Assembly: GCA_963601915.1 (NCBI GenBank)
Contig: CAVCGL010000001.1
Coordinates: 60,649-124,648, forward strand
Origin: a bacterium
GTDB taxonomy: Bacteria > Bacillota > Clostridia > Oscillospirales > Butyricicoccaceae
DNA: 64,000 nucleotides
Reading direction: 5' to 3'
Under the pieces are notes generated by a model. That model did not search any database. It was not told the origin of the DNA and saw only the letters and a program-made list of their open reading frames with translations. Within the stretch, counting starts at the first letter, position 1. Each line of letters begins with the position of its first letter. Positions 31,611 to 41,855 of the stretch are shown one piece after another. The position numbers and the translations under genes are program-made.

Positions 31611-32933
31611 TTAGTAAGAATAAAAATATAACGAGTCGATGACGGAGGATTTATCCAGCGCATCGGAGTAGCGGTTCCACTCGCTGGTCTTTGCAGCGAG
31701 GTACGCGTTCAAAATCTTTTCCGGCAGAGCCTGACGGACAAACTCACTGTCCTGTGCGGCGCGAATGGCCTCCATCAGCGAATTTGGCAGGCAGTCGTAT
31801 TCGCGTACCATAGAAGTCGGTACGTCGTACAGATTGAGATTGCACGGATCGCACAGCTTCAGCTCGCGCTGAATGCCCTCCATACCTGCGCGGATGAGCA
31901 GGGAGAAGGCAAGGTACGGATTGGCGCATGGGTCTGGCGAGCGCAGCTCCATGCGATTGTTGACGCCATGTGCTGCCGGAATGCGGATGAGCTGAGAGCG
32001 GTTTTGATGGCTCCAGGTGATATAGCGCGGTGCTTCGTAGACGCCGAGACGCTCATACGAATTGACGAGCGGGTTCAAAAAGGCGGACATCTCGTAGCAG
32101 CGGGTTAAGATACCCATGATAAAGCTCTCTGCTACCGGAGAGTGCTCGTCGCCCTCGCCGTGAAAGACGTTTTCGCCGTTTTGGAACAGGGATAAATTGA
32201 TGTGCAGACCGTTGCCCGGATGATCGCGGTAGATTTTTGGCAGGAACGATGCGTACAGACCGTTTGCCGCTGCCATCGTCTTGACCACGCCGCGGAAGGT
32301 GATGAGATTGTCTGCGGCGGTAACCGCGGAATCGTAAGCGAAATCAATTTCGTTCTGACCCGGGCCGGTCTCATGGTGAGAAGCCTCCGGACGCAGATTC
32401 ATTTCCTCCAGCGTCAGACAAATCTGACGGCGGACATTTTCACCCTTGTCCAGCGGGGCGATGTCCATGTACGAGGCGTTGTCGTGCGGCTCCTTGGTCG
32501 GCAGACCTTCTTCGTTTTGCTTGAGCAGATAAAACTCGCATTCCGTGCCGATTTTGACGGAATAACCGAGCTTTTTCATGTCGGACTGTGCCTGACGCAA
32601 AACCTGACGGGCATCGCACTCAAACGGTGTGCCGTCCGGATATTTGATGTCACAGAAGAAGCGCACAACGCGTCCCTGTGACGGACGCCACGGCAGAACG
32701 GAAAGGGTAGATGGCTCTGGGAATAACAGCAGATCCGAGCGTCCGGCGTTGGAAAAGCCGCGGATAGACGAAGCGTCAATCGAAATGCCCTCGCGGAAGG
32801 CGCGGGACAGCTCGCGCGGCATAATGGAAATATTTTTTTGCGTGCCAAAAATATCACAGAACGCCAGACGAATGAATTTGACGTCATTTTCTGTGATATA
32901 CTGCATGACTTCCTGAAATGTATAGGTATTCAT
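31611..32933 (-). CDS. glnA: Glutamine synthetase, type I
   Basis: AGGAGGAG RBS and ATG 32933. DVKFIRLAFCDIFG, GTECEFYL, SHHETGPGQNEIDF, GNGLHINLSL and NRMELRSPD. Confidence 0.95.
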   Translation of the reverse strand: MNTYTFQEVMQYITENDVKFIRLAFCDIFGTQKNISIMPRELSRAFREGISIDASSIRGFSNAGRSDLLLFPEPSTLSVLPWRPSQGRVVRFFCDIKYPDGTPFECDARQVLRQAQSDMKKLGYSVKIGTECEFYLLKQNEEGLPTKEPHDNASYMDIAPLDKGENVRRQICLTLEEMNLRPEASHHETGPGQNEIDFAYDSAVTAADNLITFRGVVKTMAAANGLYASFLPKIYRDHPGNGLHINLSLFQNGENVFHGEGDEHSPVAESFIMGILTRCYEMSAFLNPLVNSYERLGVYEAPRYITWSHQNRSQLIRIPAAHGVNNRMELRSPDPCANPYLAFSLLIRAGMEGIQRELKLCDPCNLNLYDVPTSMVREYDCLPNSLMEAIRAAQDSEFVRQALPEKILNAYLAAKTSEWNRYSDALDKSSVIDSLYFYSY

Positions 32934-32949
32934 GACTCCTCCTGAAATA

Positions 32950-32994
32950 AAAACGGAAACGGACAGCAGGTAAAAAAGAGCAAACCTGCTGTCC
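32950..32994 (-). terminator. Perfect 10-bp hairpin plus U-rich tail between gltD and glnA
   Basis: Minus strand: GGACAGCAGG-14 nt-CCTGCTGTCC followed by GTTTCCGTTTTTATTT. May act as the gltBD terminator and/or as a 5' stem of the glnA mRNA. Confidence 0.55.
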
Positions 32995-32998
32995 ATTT

Positions 32999-33007
32999 AT
33001 TATAGCA
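32999..33007 (-). promoter_or_regulatory. Extended -10 element TGCTATAAT upstream of glnA
   Basis: Minus strand reads GTGCTATAAT. No good -35 was seen. Confidence 0.45.
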
Positions 33008-33053
33008 CGAATGCGTCTGCGTGCCTATGCAGACAGTGTGCTGTTTTCGGGGG

Positions 33054-34538
<1,485 letters not shown>

Positions 34539-34553
34539 GATTCTCGTCCTCCT

Positions 34554-37500
34554 TTATCCGTTCACAGATGCGTAGAATGCATCAATTTCAGCCTGTTCGT
34601 GGCTCAGACCCTTTTCTTCCGACTTTGCAATTGCCTTGAGCATTCTGTTGTAGTCGTTCGGCATGATCTTCTTGAAGAACGGGATGTAGCTCTGGAAATT
34701 ATCGAGAATTTCCTTGCCCTTGCGGGAGCCGGTTGCAGCGACATGCTGCTCAATCAGGCTCTTCAGCTCCTGAATATCATGCTTCTCTCGAACGGTGGAG
34801 ATCGTTACCATGGACTTGTTTGCACGCAGATACAGATCGCGGTGCATATCCAGTACATATGCAATGCCGCCGGACATGCCTGCTGCAAAGTTCTTGCCGG
34901 TAGGACCGAGAACGACAACGCGGCCGCCGGTCATGTATTCACAGCCGTGATCGCCAACGCCTTCGACAACAGCGACAGCACCGGAGTTACGCACGCAGAA
35001 GCGCTCGCCGGCAACACCGGAGATAAATGCCTTGCCTGCGGTTGCGCCGTAGAAGGCAACGTTGCCGATGATGATGTTGTCCTCTGCGCGGAACTGGCTG
35101 CCCTTCGGCGGGTAAACGACAATCTTGCCGCCGGACAGACCCTTGCCAATGTAGTCGTTGGAGTCACCCTCCAGTTCCATCGTCAGGCCCTGCGGAATGA
35201 AGGCACCGAACGACTGACCGCCGCCGCCGTAGCACTTGATACGGTAGGTATCTTCCGGCAGGGAAGAGCCGTGCAGGCGGGTGATTTCACTGCCGAAGAT
35301 GGTGCCGAGGGCGCGGTCTGTCGAGCTGATTTTCAGTTCAATGGACTGCGGCTTGCCGGACTTCAGATTCTTGCCCATCTTCTTGAGGAAGACGGATTCA
35401 TCTACGGTATTTTCCAGATGGAAATCATAGACATTCTTCGGGTCAAAGTGGCGCTCCGGTGCATCGACATACGGATTGTCGAGGATCATAGACAGGTCAA
35501 CCGTGTCTGCACGACCGATGCGCATGTTCTTGCGGCGCTCCAGCTTATCGCTGCGGCCAACCATTTCGTCAATGGTATGGAAGCCCAGACCAGCCATGAT
35601 TTCACGCAGCTGGCGAGCAATGAACAGCATGTAGTTCTGTACGTGCTCCGGCTTGCCCTGGAACCGTGCGCGCAGCTTCGGGTTCTGCGTGGCAATGCCC
35701 ATCGGGCAGGTATCCAGATTGCATACACGCATCATAGCGCAGCCCATGGCAATCAGCGGGCCGGTGGCAAAGCCGAATTCCTCTGCGCCCAGCAGGCAGG
35801 CAATGGCAACGTCACGACCGGTCATCAGCTTGGAGTCTGCTTCGATGACCACGCGGGAACGCAGACCGTTCTGAATCAAGGTCTGATGGGTTTCTGCAAC
35901 ACCCAGCTCCCACGGCAGACCGGCATTGTGAATCGAGCTCTTCGGCGCTGCACCGGAACCGCCGTCATAGCCGGAAATCAGGATAACCTGTGCGCCGCCC
36001 TTGGCAACGCCTGCGGCAATTGTGCCGACACCAGCTTCGGATACCAGCTTGACATTGATGCGCGCCTTTCTGTTGGCGTTTTTCAGGTCATAAATCAACT
36101 GAGCCAAATCTTCAATAGAGTAAATATCGTGATGCGGCGGAGGAGAAATCAGTGCCACGCCCGGCGTAGAGAATCGGGTCTTGGCAACCCACGGGTAAAC
36201 CTTCTTGCCCGGCAGGTGGCCGCCTTCGCCCGGCTTTGCGCCCTGTGCCATCTTGATCTGGATTTCATCGCCGCTCATCAGGTACTGCGAGTTGACACCG
36301 AAACGACCGGAAGCAACCTGTACAATGGAGCAAGCGCGCTCTGTGCCGTAACGGTCAGCAGGCTCGCCGCCCTCGCCGGTGTTGGAGTGACCGCCCAGAC
36401 GGTTCATGGCAATTGCCAGACACTCGTGGGCCTCCGCAGACAGACAGCCATAGGACATTGCTGCGGTCTTAAAGCGCTTGACAATCTCGTATTCGCTTTC
36501 TACTTCTTCAATCGGAATCGCCGTGCTCTCGTCGAACTTAAAGCTCATCAGGCCGCGCAGCGTGTGCGGAATCGCAGCGTCATCCACGGTTTCGGCGTAC
36601 TGCTGGTAAATGCTGTAGTCGCCGGTGCGGACAGCTTGCTGCAGCAGCGCAATGGTCTTTGGATTGTACAGATGATCTTCGCAGCCGATACCTGCGCGGT
36701 ACTTGTGGGTACCGGGGGAGTCGAGCGTGGTATCAATAGCCAGACCCAGCGGATCAAACGCATGATTGTGACGGAACTCAACGACTTCGCCGATTTCCTC
36801 CAGACCGATGCCGCCGACGCGGGATACGGTGTTGGTGAAGTATTCGTCAATGACTTCCTTTTTGATGCCGATTGCCTCAAAGATCTGTGCGGACTGATAC
36901 GACTGGATGGTCGAGATACCCATCTTGGATGCGATCTTGACGATGCCCTTCAAAACAGCCTTGTTGTACGAATCAATGGCAACCGAAACTTCCTTGTCGA
37001 GCAGTCTCTTTTCGACCAGCTCTGCGATACATTCCTGTGCCAGATACGGGTTGACAGCGGATGCGCCGTAGCCCAGCAGGGTGGCAAAATGATGTACTTC
37101 GCGCGGCTCTGCGGTCTCTACGATAACGGACAGAGAGGTGCTCTTCTTGGTGCGTACCAGATACTGCTGCAGAGCGGAAACAGCGAGCAGCGATGGAATC
37201 GCAACGTGGTTTTCATCCACACCGCGGTCGGACAGAATCAGGATGTTTGCGCCGTTGCGGTATGCGCGGTCGGCAGTGACAAACATGCGGTCAATCGCAC
37301 GCTTCAGCGGTGTGTTCTTATAATACAGCATGGAGATCGTCTGAACCTTAAAGCCCGGCTTATCCATGTTTTTAATCTTCATCAGGTCGATGTCGGTCAG
37401 AATCGGATTCTGAATGCGCAGCATACTGCAGTTTTCCGCGTTCTCGCTGAGCAGGTTGCCGTCATGACCGAGGTATACGGCGGTATCCGTGACGATTTCC

Positions 37501-39104
37501 TCACGAATGGCGTCGATTGGCGGGTTGGTAACCTGCGCGAACAGCTGCTTGAAGTAGCTGAACAGCGGCTGATGCTTTTCGGACAAAACAGCCAGCGGAA
37601 TATCCACGCCCATTGCAGCGGTCGGCTCTGCGCCGGTCTGTGCCATTTGCAGGATAGAATCCTTGACCTCTTCGTAGGTGTAACCAAATGCCTTGTACAG
37701 GCGGTCGCGCTCCTCGCTGGAGTAGCGGCGGATGTGATGGTTCGGAATCGGCAGATCCTTGAGCATCAGCAGGCTCTGATCCAGCCATTCGCCGTACGGC
37801 TGACGGGTTGCGTAGTGCTCTTTCAGCTCATCATCGTCAATCAGACGGCCGGAGACGGTATCAACCAGCAGCATTTTGCCCGGCTGCAAACGGGACTTTA
37901 CAGCGATCTTCTCCGGTTCCAGCTCCAGCACGCCGACCTCGGAGGACAGAATCAGCTGATCGTCTGTGGTGACATAGTAACGGGACGGGCGCAGACCATT
38001 TCGGTCAAGAACAGCACCCATGACATCACCGTCTGTAAAGATAATCGATGCCGGGCCGTCCCACGGCTCCATCATGGTTGCGTAATAGCGATAGAAGTCC
38101 AGCTTCTCACGCGGCATACTCTTGTTGTTCGACCACGGCTCCGGAATGCAGATCATGACTGCCATCGGAAGCTCCATGCCGTTCATGACGAGGAATTCCA
38201 GCGTGTTGTCCAAACGCGCGGAGTCGGAACCTGCCGGATTGACAACCGGATATACCTTGTCGAGATCCTCTTCGCTCATGACGTCGGATTCCATCGTCTC
38301 TTCACGGGCGAGCATACGGTCTGCGTTGCCGCGAATTGTGTTGATTTCGCCGTTGTGCAGGATGAAACGGTTCGGATGGGCGCGTTCCCAAGACGGATTG
38401 GTGTTGGTAGAGAAACGGGAATGTACCATGGCAATCGCGGACTTGTAATCCTCGTCCAGCAGATCGCAGTAGAAGTTGCGCAGCTGACCGACAAGGAACA
38501 TACCTTTATATACGATGGTACGGCTGGAGAACGAGACAACATAGGTGTTGTCGTTGGACTGCTCAAAGACGCGGCGTGCCACGTACAGTTTGCGGTCGAA
38601 GTCCAGACCCTTGTTTACATTTTTCGGGCGAGCGACGAAGCCCTGCTCGATGTATGGCATACAGGCGAGCGCCTTGTTGCCCAGAACATCCGGATTGATC
38701 GGCACGGTACGCCAGCCGAGGAATTCCATGCCTTCCTTTTCAATGATGACCTCGAACATCTTCTTTGCCTGCGAACGCTTGAGAGTGTCCTGCGGGAAGA
38801 AGAACATGGCGATGCCGTAATCGCGCTCTTCGCCAATCTGGATGCCGGCCTCAGCGGCAGCCTTGGTGAAGAAGTTGTGGGAAATCTGAAGCATAATGCC
38901 GACGCCGTCGCCGGTCTTGCCCTCCGCGTCCTTACCGGCGCGGTGCTCCAGCTTTTCTACAATAGATAGTGCATTATCAACTGTTTGATGTGTCTTTCTG
39001 CCTTTAATATCGACAACTGCGCCGATGCCGCAGGCATCATGCTCATACCGCGGATCGTACAGACCGCGGGCAGGCATTGTAGTTTCAGTTCTGATCTCGT
39101 TCAT
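34554..39104 (-). CDS. gltB: Glutamate synthase large subunit
   Basis: GGAGG RBS and ATG 39104 (the listed TTG at 39113 is less likely). Ntn-amidotransferase start EHDACGIGAV, FMN/FeS central domain and the C-terminal GXGG-repeat domain. Confidence 0.96.
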   Translation of the reverse strand: MNEIRTETTMPARGLYDPRYEHDACGIGAVVDIKGRKTHQTVDNALSIVEKLEHRAGKDAEGKTGDGVGIMLQISHNFFTKAAAEAGIQIGEERDYGIAMFFFPQDTLKRSQAKKMFEVIIEKEGMEFLGWRTVPINPDVLGNKALACMPYIEQGFVARPKNVNKGLDFDRKLYVARRVFEQSNDNTYVVSFSSRTIVYKGMFLVGQLRNFYCDLLDEDYKSAIAMVHSRFSTNTNPSWERAHPNRFILHNGEINTIRGNADRMLAREETMESDVMSEEDLDKVYPVVNPAGSDSARLDNTLEFLVMNGMELPMAVMICIPEPWSNNKSMPREKLDFYRYYATMMEPWDGPASIIFTDGDVMGAVLDRNGLRPSRYYVTTDDQLILSSEVGVLELEPEKIAVKSRLQPGKMLLVDTVSGRLIDDDELKEHYATRQPYGEWLDQSLLMLKDLPIPNHHIRRYSSEERDRLYKAFGYTYEEVKDSILQMAQTGAEPTAAMGVDIPLAVLSEKHQPLFSYFKQLFAQVTNPPIDAIREEIVTDTAVYLGHDGNLLSENAENCSMLRIQNPILTDIDLMKIKNMDKPGFKVQTISMLYYKNTPLKRAIDRMFVTADRAYRNGANILILSDRGVDENHVAIPSLLAVSALQQYLVRTKKSTSLSVIVETAEPREVHHFATLLGYGASAVNPYLAQECIAELVEKRLLDKEVSVAIDSYNKAVLKGIVKIASKMGISTIQSYQSAQIFEAIGIKKEVIDEYFTNTVSRVGGIGLEEIGEVVEFRHNHAFDPLGLAIDTTLDSPGTHKYRAGIGCEDHLYNPKTIALLQQAVRTGDYSIYQQYAETVDDAAIPHTLRGLMSFKFDESTAIPIEEVESEYEIVKRFKTAAMSYGCLSAEAHECLAIAMNRLGGHSNTGEGGEPADRYGTERACSIVQVASGRFGVNSQYLMSGDEIQIKMAQGAKPGEGGHLPGKKVYPWVAKTRFSTPGVALISPPPHHDIYSIEDLAQLIYDLKNANRKARINVKLVSEAGVGTIAAGVAKGGAQVILISGYDGGSGAAPKSSIHNAGLPWELGVAETHQTLIQNGLRSRVVIEADSKLMTGRDVAIACLLGAEEFGFATGPLIAMGCAMMRVCNLDTCPMGIATQNPKLRARFQGKPEHVQNYMLFIARQLREIMAGLGFHTIDEMVGRSDKLERRKNMRIGRADTVDLSMILDNPYVDAPERHFDPKNVYDFHLENTVDESVFLKKMGKNLKSGKPQSIELKISSTDRALGTIFGSEITRLHGSSLPEDTYRIKCYGGGGQSFGAFIPQGLTMELEGDSNDYIGKGLSGGKIVVYPPKGSQFRAEDNIIIGNVAFYGATAGKAFISGVAGERFCVRNSGAVAVVEGVGDHGCEYMTGGRVVVLGPTGKNFAAGMSGGIAYVLDMHRDLYLRANKSMVTISTVREKHDIQELKSLIEQHVAATGSRKGKEILDNFQSYIPFFKKIMPNDYNRMLKAIAKSEEKGLSHEQAEIDAFYASVNG

Positions 39105-39236
39105 GAAATACAATTCCTCCTAAAAAACCTTCACATGTATCATATATAATGTATAGCGGATGATGTTCTCTCGGCGTTTTGCAACTTTATTTGGTTCATC
39201 TTTCACGACATCGCGCAAAACAACCGGAGAAAAAGT

Positions 39237-39311
39237 AAAAAAGCGCCCATTCCAAAATAAATACTACCCAAAAGTGGTAAAAGTAGTACTTACTTTGGAA
39301 TGAACGCCTTT
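39237..39311 (-). terminator. Leader terminator of gltBD
   Basis: Minus strand: AAAGGCGTTCATTCCAAA...TTTGGAATGGGCGCTTTT long helix (with G:U pairs) ending in TTTTTTACTTTTT, about 130 nt upstream of the gltB ATG. Confidence 0.6.
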
Positions 39312-39317
39312 GTTCAT
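39300..39317 (-). promoter_or_regulatory. Hexaloop hairpin ATGAAC-AAAGGC-GTTCAT (candidate ANTAR-binding antiterminator element)
   Basis: 6-bp perfect stem and a loop with A1 and G4. The loop and 3' arm overlap the 5' arm of the leader terminator. Confidence 0.5.
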
Positions 39318-39324
39318 GTAACAT

Positions 39325-39353
39325 ATTCTATAATAAATGCAGGAATTCGTCAA
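39325..39353 (-). promoter_or_regulatory. Sigma-A type promoter TTGACG-17-TAGAAT for gltBD
   Basis: Minus-strand hexamers at 39353-39348 and 39330-39325. Confidence 0.6.
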
Positions 39354-39483
39354 GCATCCTGCAAAAAAATCTTCCGCCCAGAAACGATTTCATACAACTT
39401 GCATAGAAAGATTACTTAAAAAGAAGAAGGACTGGGCAAAATGTAAAAGTTGGTTCGGTAGGCAGAAAAGTTTGGAAAATTAG

Positions 39484-39512
39484 TTGACATGCGCTAAATC
39501 ACAGTCTATAAT
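39484..39512 (+). promoter_or_regulatory. Consensus sigma-A promoter TTGACA-17-TATAAT for glnN
   Basis: Hexamers at 39484-39489 and 39507-39512. The -10 is embedded in the palindrome GTCTATAATAGAC (39504-39516). Confidence 0.75.
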
Positions 39513-39523
39513 AGACATCGTAA

Positions 39524-39539
39524 ACAGCAACGGCGCTGT
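39524..39539 (+). promoter_or_regulatory. Hexaloop hairpin ACAGC-AACGGC-GCTGT (candidate ANTAR-binding antiterminator element)
   Basis: 5-bp stem and a loop with A1 and G4. The loop and 3' arm overlap the 5' arm of the glnN leader terminator. Confidence 0.5.
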
Positions 39540-39568
39540 GGATGTTATGTCCGCGGCGCCTATTTTTT
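39532..39568 (+). terminator. Leader terminator of glnN
   Basis: GGCGCTGTGGA-TGTTATG-TCCGCGGCGCC (11 bp including 2 G:U) followed by TATTTTTT, 88 nt before the glnN ATG. Confidence 0.65.
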
Positions 39569-39655
39569 ATACTCAGCAGGAGTAGAAAAGCATACGCTTG
39601 AGTAAGTTTGTTTGAAATCTTTTTTAAGATACACTGCATGGAGGTGCGTTGTACA

Positions 39656-41737
39656 ATGATTAATGTCCCGGAAATTTTCGGCGAGAACGTGTTTAACGAA
39701 AATGTAATGCGTGAGAAGCTGCCGAAGGAAGTTTTTAAGAAGCTCATGAAGACCATCGAATTGGGTGCTTCCCTCGATGTCAGCATTGCAAACGTTGTTG
39801 CAAACGCAATGAAGGATTGGGCTGTTGACAAGGGCGCAACCCATTACACCCATTGGTTCCAGCCGATGACCGGTGTGACCGCTGAGAAGCATGACTCCTT
39901 TATTAGCCCGACGGCAGGCGGCAACGTCATCATGTCGTTCAGCGGCAAGGAGCTGATTCAGGGCGAGCCGGACGCATCTTCGTTCCCGTCTGGCGGTCTG
40001 CGTGCAACGTTTGAGGCGCGTGGTTATACCGCATGGGATCCGAGCTCTTACGCTTTCGTCAAGGACGGTACCCTGTACATCCCGACCGCTTTCTGTTCCT
40101 ACACCGGCGAGGTACTGGATAAGAAGACCCCGCTGCTGCGCTCCATGGATGCAATCAGCAAGCAGGCTTGCCGCATTCTCAAGCTGTTCGGCAAGAATGT
40201 AGAGCGCGTTACTACGACCGTAGGTCCGGAGCAGGAGTACTTCCTCGTAGATAAGAAGTATTACGACCAGCGCAAGGATCTGGCATTTACCGGACGCACA
40301 TTGTTCGGCGCTATGAGCCCGAAGGGTCAGGAAATGGATGACCATTACTTCGGCACCATCAAGCCGCGTGTCGCAGCATTCATGGCAGATCTGGATGCTG
40401 AAATGTGGAAGTACGGCATTCTGGCAAAGACCAAGCACAACGAGGTTGCTCCGGCACAGCACGAGATTGCACCGATCTTCACCACCACCAATACGGCAAT
40501 CGACAACAACCAGCTGCTGATGGATGTTGCCAAGAAGGTCGCTCTCCAGCACGGCATGGTTTGCCTGCTGCATGAGAAGCCGTTCGACGGCGTAAATGGT
40601 TCCGGTAAGCACAACAACTGGTCGATGTCCACCAATCAGGGCGAGAACCTGCTGAATCCGGGCAGCGATCCGAAGGAAAATGCACAGTTCATGCTGATTC
40701 TGACCGCAGTTATCTCTGCTGTTGATAAGTATGCAAAGCTGATGCGTATCTCGGTTGCATCCGCTGGCAACGATCATCGTCTGGGTGCCAATGAGGCTCC
40801 TCCGGCAATCGTTTCCGTATTCCTCGGCGATGAGCTGCAGAGCATTGTCGATGACATCATCGCTGGCACGCACACCGCTGGCGCTGGCGCAGCAAAGATT
40901 CAGCTGGGCGTTACCACCCTGCCGGTATTCTCTAAGGACAACACCGACCGCAACAGAACCTCTCCGTTTGCTTTCACCGGCAACCGCTTTGAGTTCCGTA
41001 TGCCGGGTTCCTCTCAGAACATCGCTTGTGTCAACATGATGCTGAACACCGCTGTAGCAGATGTATTTAAGAGCTATGCCGATGAGCTGGAAGGCGCAGA
41101 GGACTTTGATGCTGCACTGAATGCTCTGGTTAAGCGTGAGATGACGGCTCATCAGCGCGTCATCTTTAACGGCAACGGCTACGACGACAGCTGGATTGAA
41201 GAGGCTGAAAAGCGCGGCCTGCCGAACCTGAAGAGCACACCGGAAGCACTGGCTTGCTATGATGAATTTATTGATGTCTTTGAGTCTACTGGCGTTCTGA
41301 GCGAGACCGAGCTGATGTCCCGTAAGGAAATTCTGCTGGAAGAGTATGCAAAGCTCATCAAGATTGAGTCCCGCACCATGGTAGATATGGCGAAGAAGGA
41401 CATTCTGCCGGCAGTTGGCTCTTACACCAAGGAGCTGTCCGAGATTGCCTGCAATAAGAAGCAGCTGGGCCTGGATGCTGAGCTGGAAATCAAGGAGCTG
41501 AAGAAGCTGTCCGCATTGGCTTCTGATACCTACGACAAGATCGAAGCACTGTCTGCTGCCATTGCAGGTGCCGATGCTGTCGAGGGCGTACAGGAAGCTG
41601 CAGACTATCAGCATGAGAACGTCATTCCGGCTATGGAGCAGCTGCGCACGGTTGCCGATGAGCTGGAAGTTAACACCGCTGCTAAGTACTGGCCGTTCCC
41701 AGCTTACGACAAGCTGCTGTTCGGTGTAAACAGCTAA
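39656..41737 (+). CDS. glnN: Glutamine synthetase, type III
   Basis: GGAGGTG RBS and ATG 39656; 693 aa. [44 protein letters not shown] and GSGKHNNWS are typical of GS-III. Confidence 0.95.
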   Translation: MINVPEIFGENVFNENVMREKLPKEVFKKLMKTIELGASLDVSIANVVANAMKDWAVDKGATHYTHWFQPMTGVTAEKHDSFISPTAGGNVIMSFSGKELIQGEPDASSFPSGGLRATFEARGYTAWDPSSYAFVKDGTLYIPTAFCSYTGEVLDKKTPLLRSMDAISKQACRILKLFGKNVERVTTTVGPEQEYFLVDKKYYDQRKDLAFTGRTLFGAMSPKGQEMDDHYFGTIKPRVAAFMADLDAEMWKYGILAKTKHNEVAPAQHEIAPIFTTTNTAIDNNQLLMDVAKKVALQHGMVCLLHEKPFDGVNGSGKHNNWSMSTNQGENLLNPGSDPKENAQFMLILTAVISAVDKYAKLMRISVASAGNDHRLGANEAPPAIVSVFLGDELQSIVDDIIAGTHTAGAGAAKIQLGVTTLPVFSKDNTDRNRTSPFAFTGNRFEFRMPGSSQNIACVNMMLNTAVADVFKSYADELEGAEDFDAALNALVKREMTAHQRVIFNGNGYDDSWIEEAEKRGLPNLKSTPEALACYDEFIDVFESTGVLSETELMSRKEILLEEYAKLIKIESRTMVDMAKKDILPAVGSYTKELSEIACNKKQLGLDAELEIKELKKLSALASDTYDKIEALSAAIAGADAVEGVQEAADYQHENVIPAMEQLRTVADELEVNTAAKYWPFPAYDKLLFGVNS

Positions 41738-41766
41738 TTGCTCGTTTGAACCCAATTTTATAACGC

Positions 41767-41780
41767 ACACAAAGACGTGT
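41767..41780 (+). promoter_or_regulatory. Hexaloop hairpin ACAC-AAAGAC-GTGT (candidate ANTAR-binding antiterminator element)
   Basis: 4-bp stem and a loop with A1 and G4. The loop and 3' arm overlap the 5' arm of the terminator in the glnN-amt spacer. Confidence 0.45.
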
Positions 41781-41822
41781 ATACCCAATTTCCGCACAGG
41801 AAGAGGTGTACACGTCTTTTTT
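41771..41822 (+). terminator. Terminator between glnN and amt
   Basis: AAAGACGTGTATAC...GTGTACACGTCTTT (14 bp, one G:U) followed by a T-run to 41822, 34 nt before the amt ATG. Confidence 0.7.
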
Positions 41823-41855
41823 GTTTCACAAATTCATTTGGAGGTTTATTCAATC

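Noticed and set aside
33014-33035. Hairpin TGTCTGC-ATAGGCAC-GCAGACG (minus strand) just after the gltD stop, whose loop contains AGGC as in the ANTAR-type loops
   Set aside because: The loop is 8 nt rather than 6, there is no U-run or overlapping terminator, and the similarity is limited to four nucleotides.
34599-38969. 1456-aa ORF on the plus strand
   Set aside because: It is entirely antisense to gltB, whose product has unmistakable GOGAT motifs. The mirror ORF has no RBS and a low-complexity composition rich in Ala, Gly, Leu and Arg. This is typical of a stop-poor antisense frame in GC-rich coding DNA.
39560-41797. 745-aa ORF on the minus strand
   Set aside because: Antisense to glnN (type III GS). 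No recognisable motifs and no RBS. It spans the glnN promoter and terminator regions.
41790-41802. Second small hairpin TTCC-GCACA-GGAA inside the amt terminator loop, considered as the missing ANTAR partner hairpin
   Set aside because: The loop is 5 nt and lacks A1/G4. It is downstream of the first hairpin rather than upstream and lies within the terminator loop.
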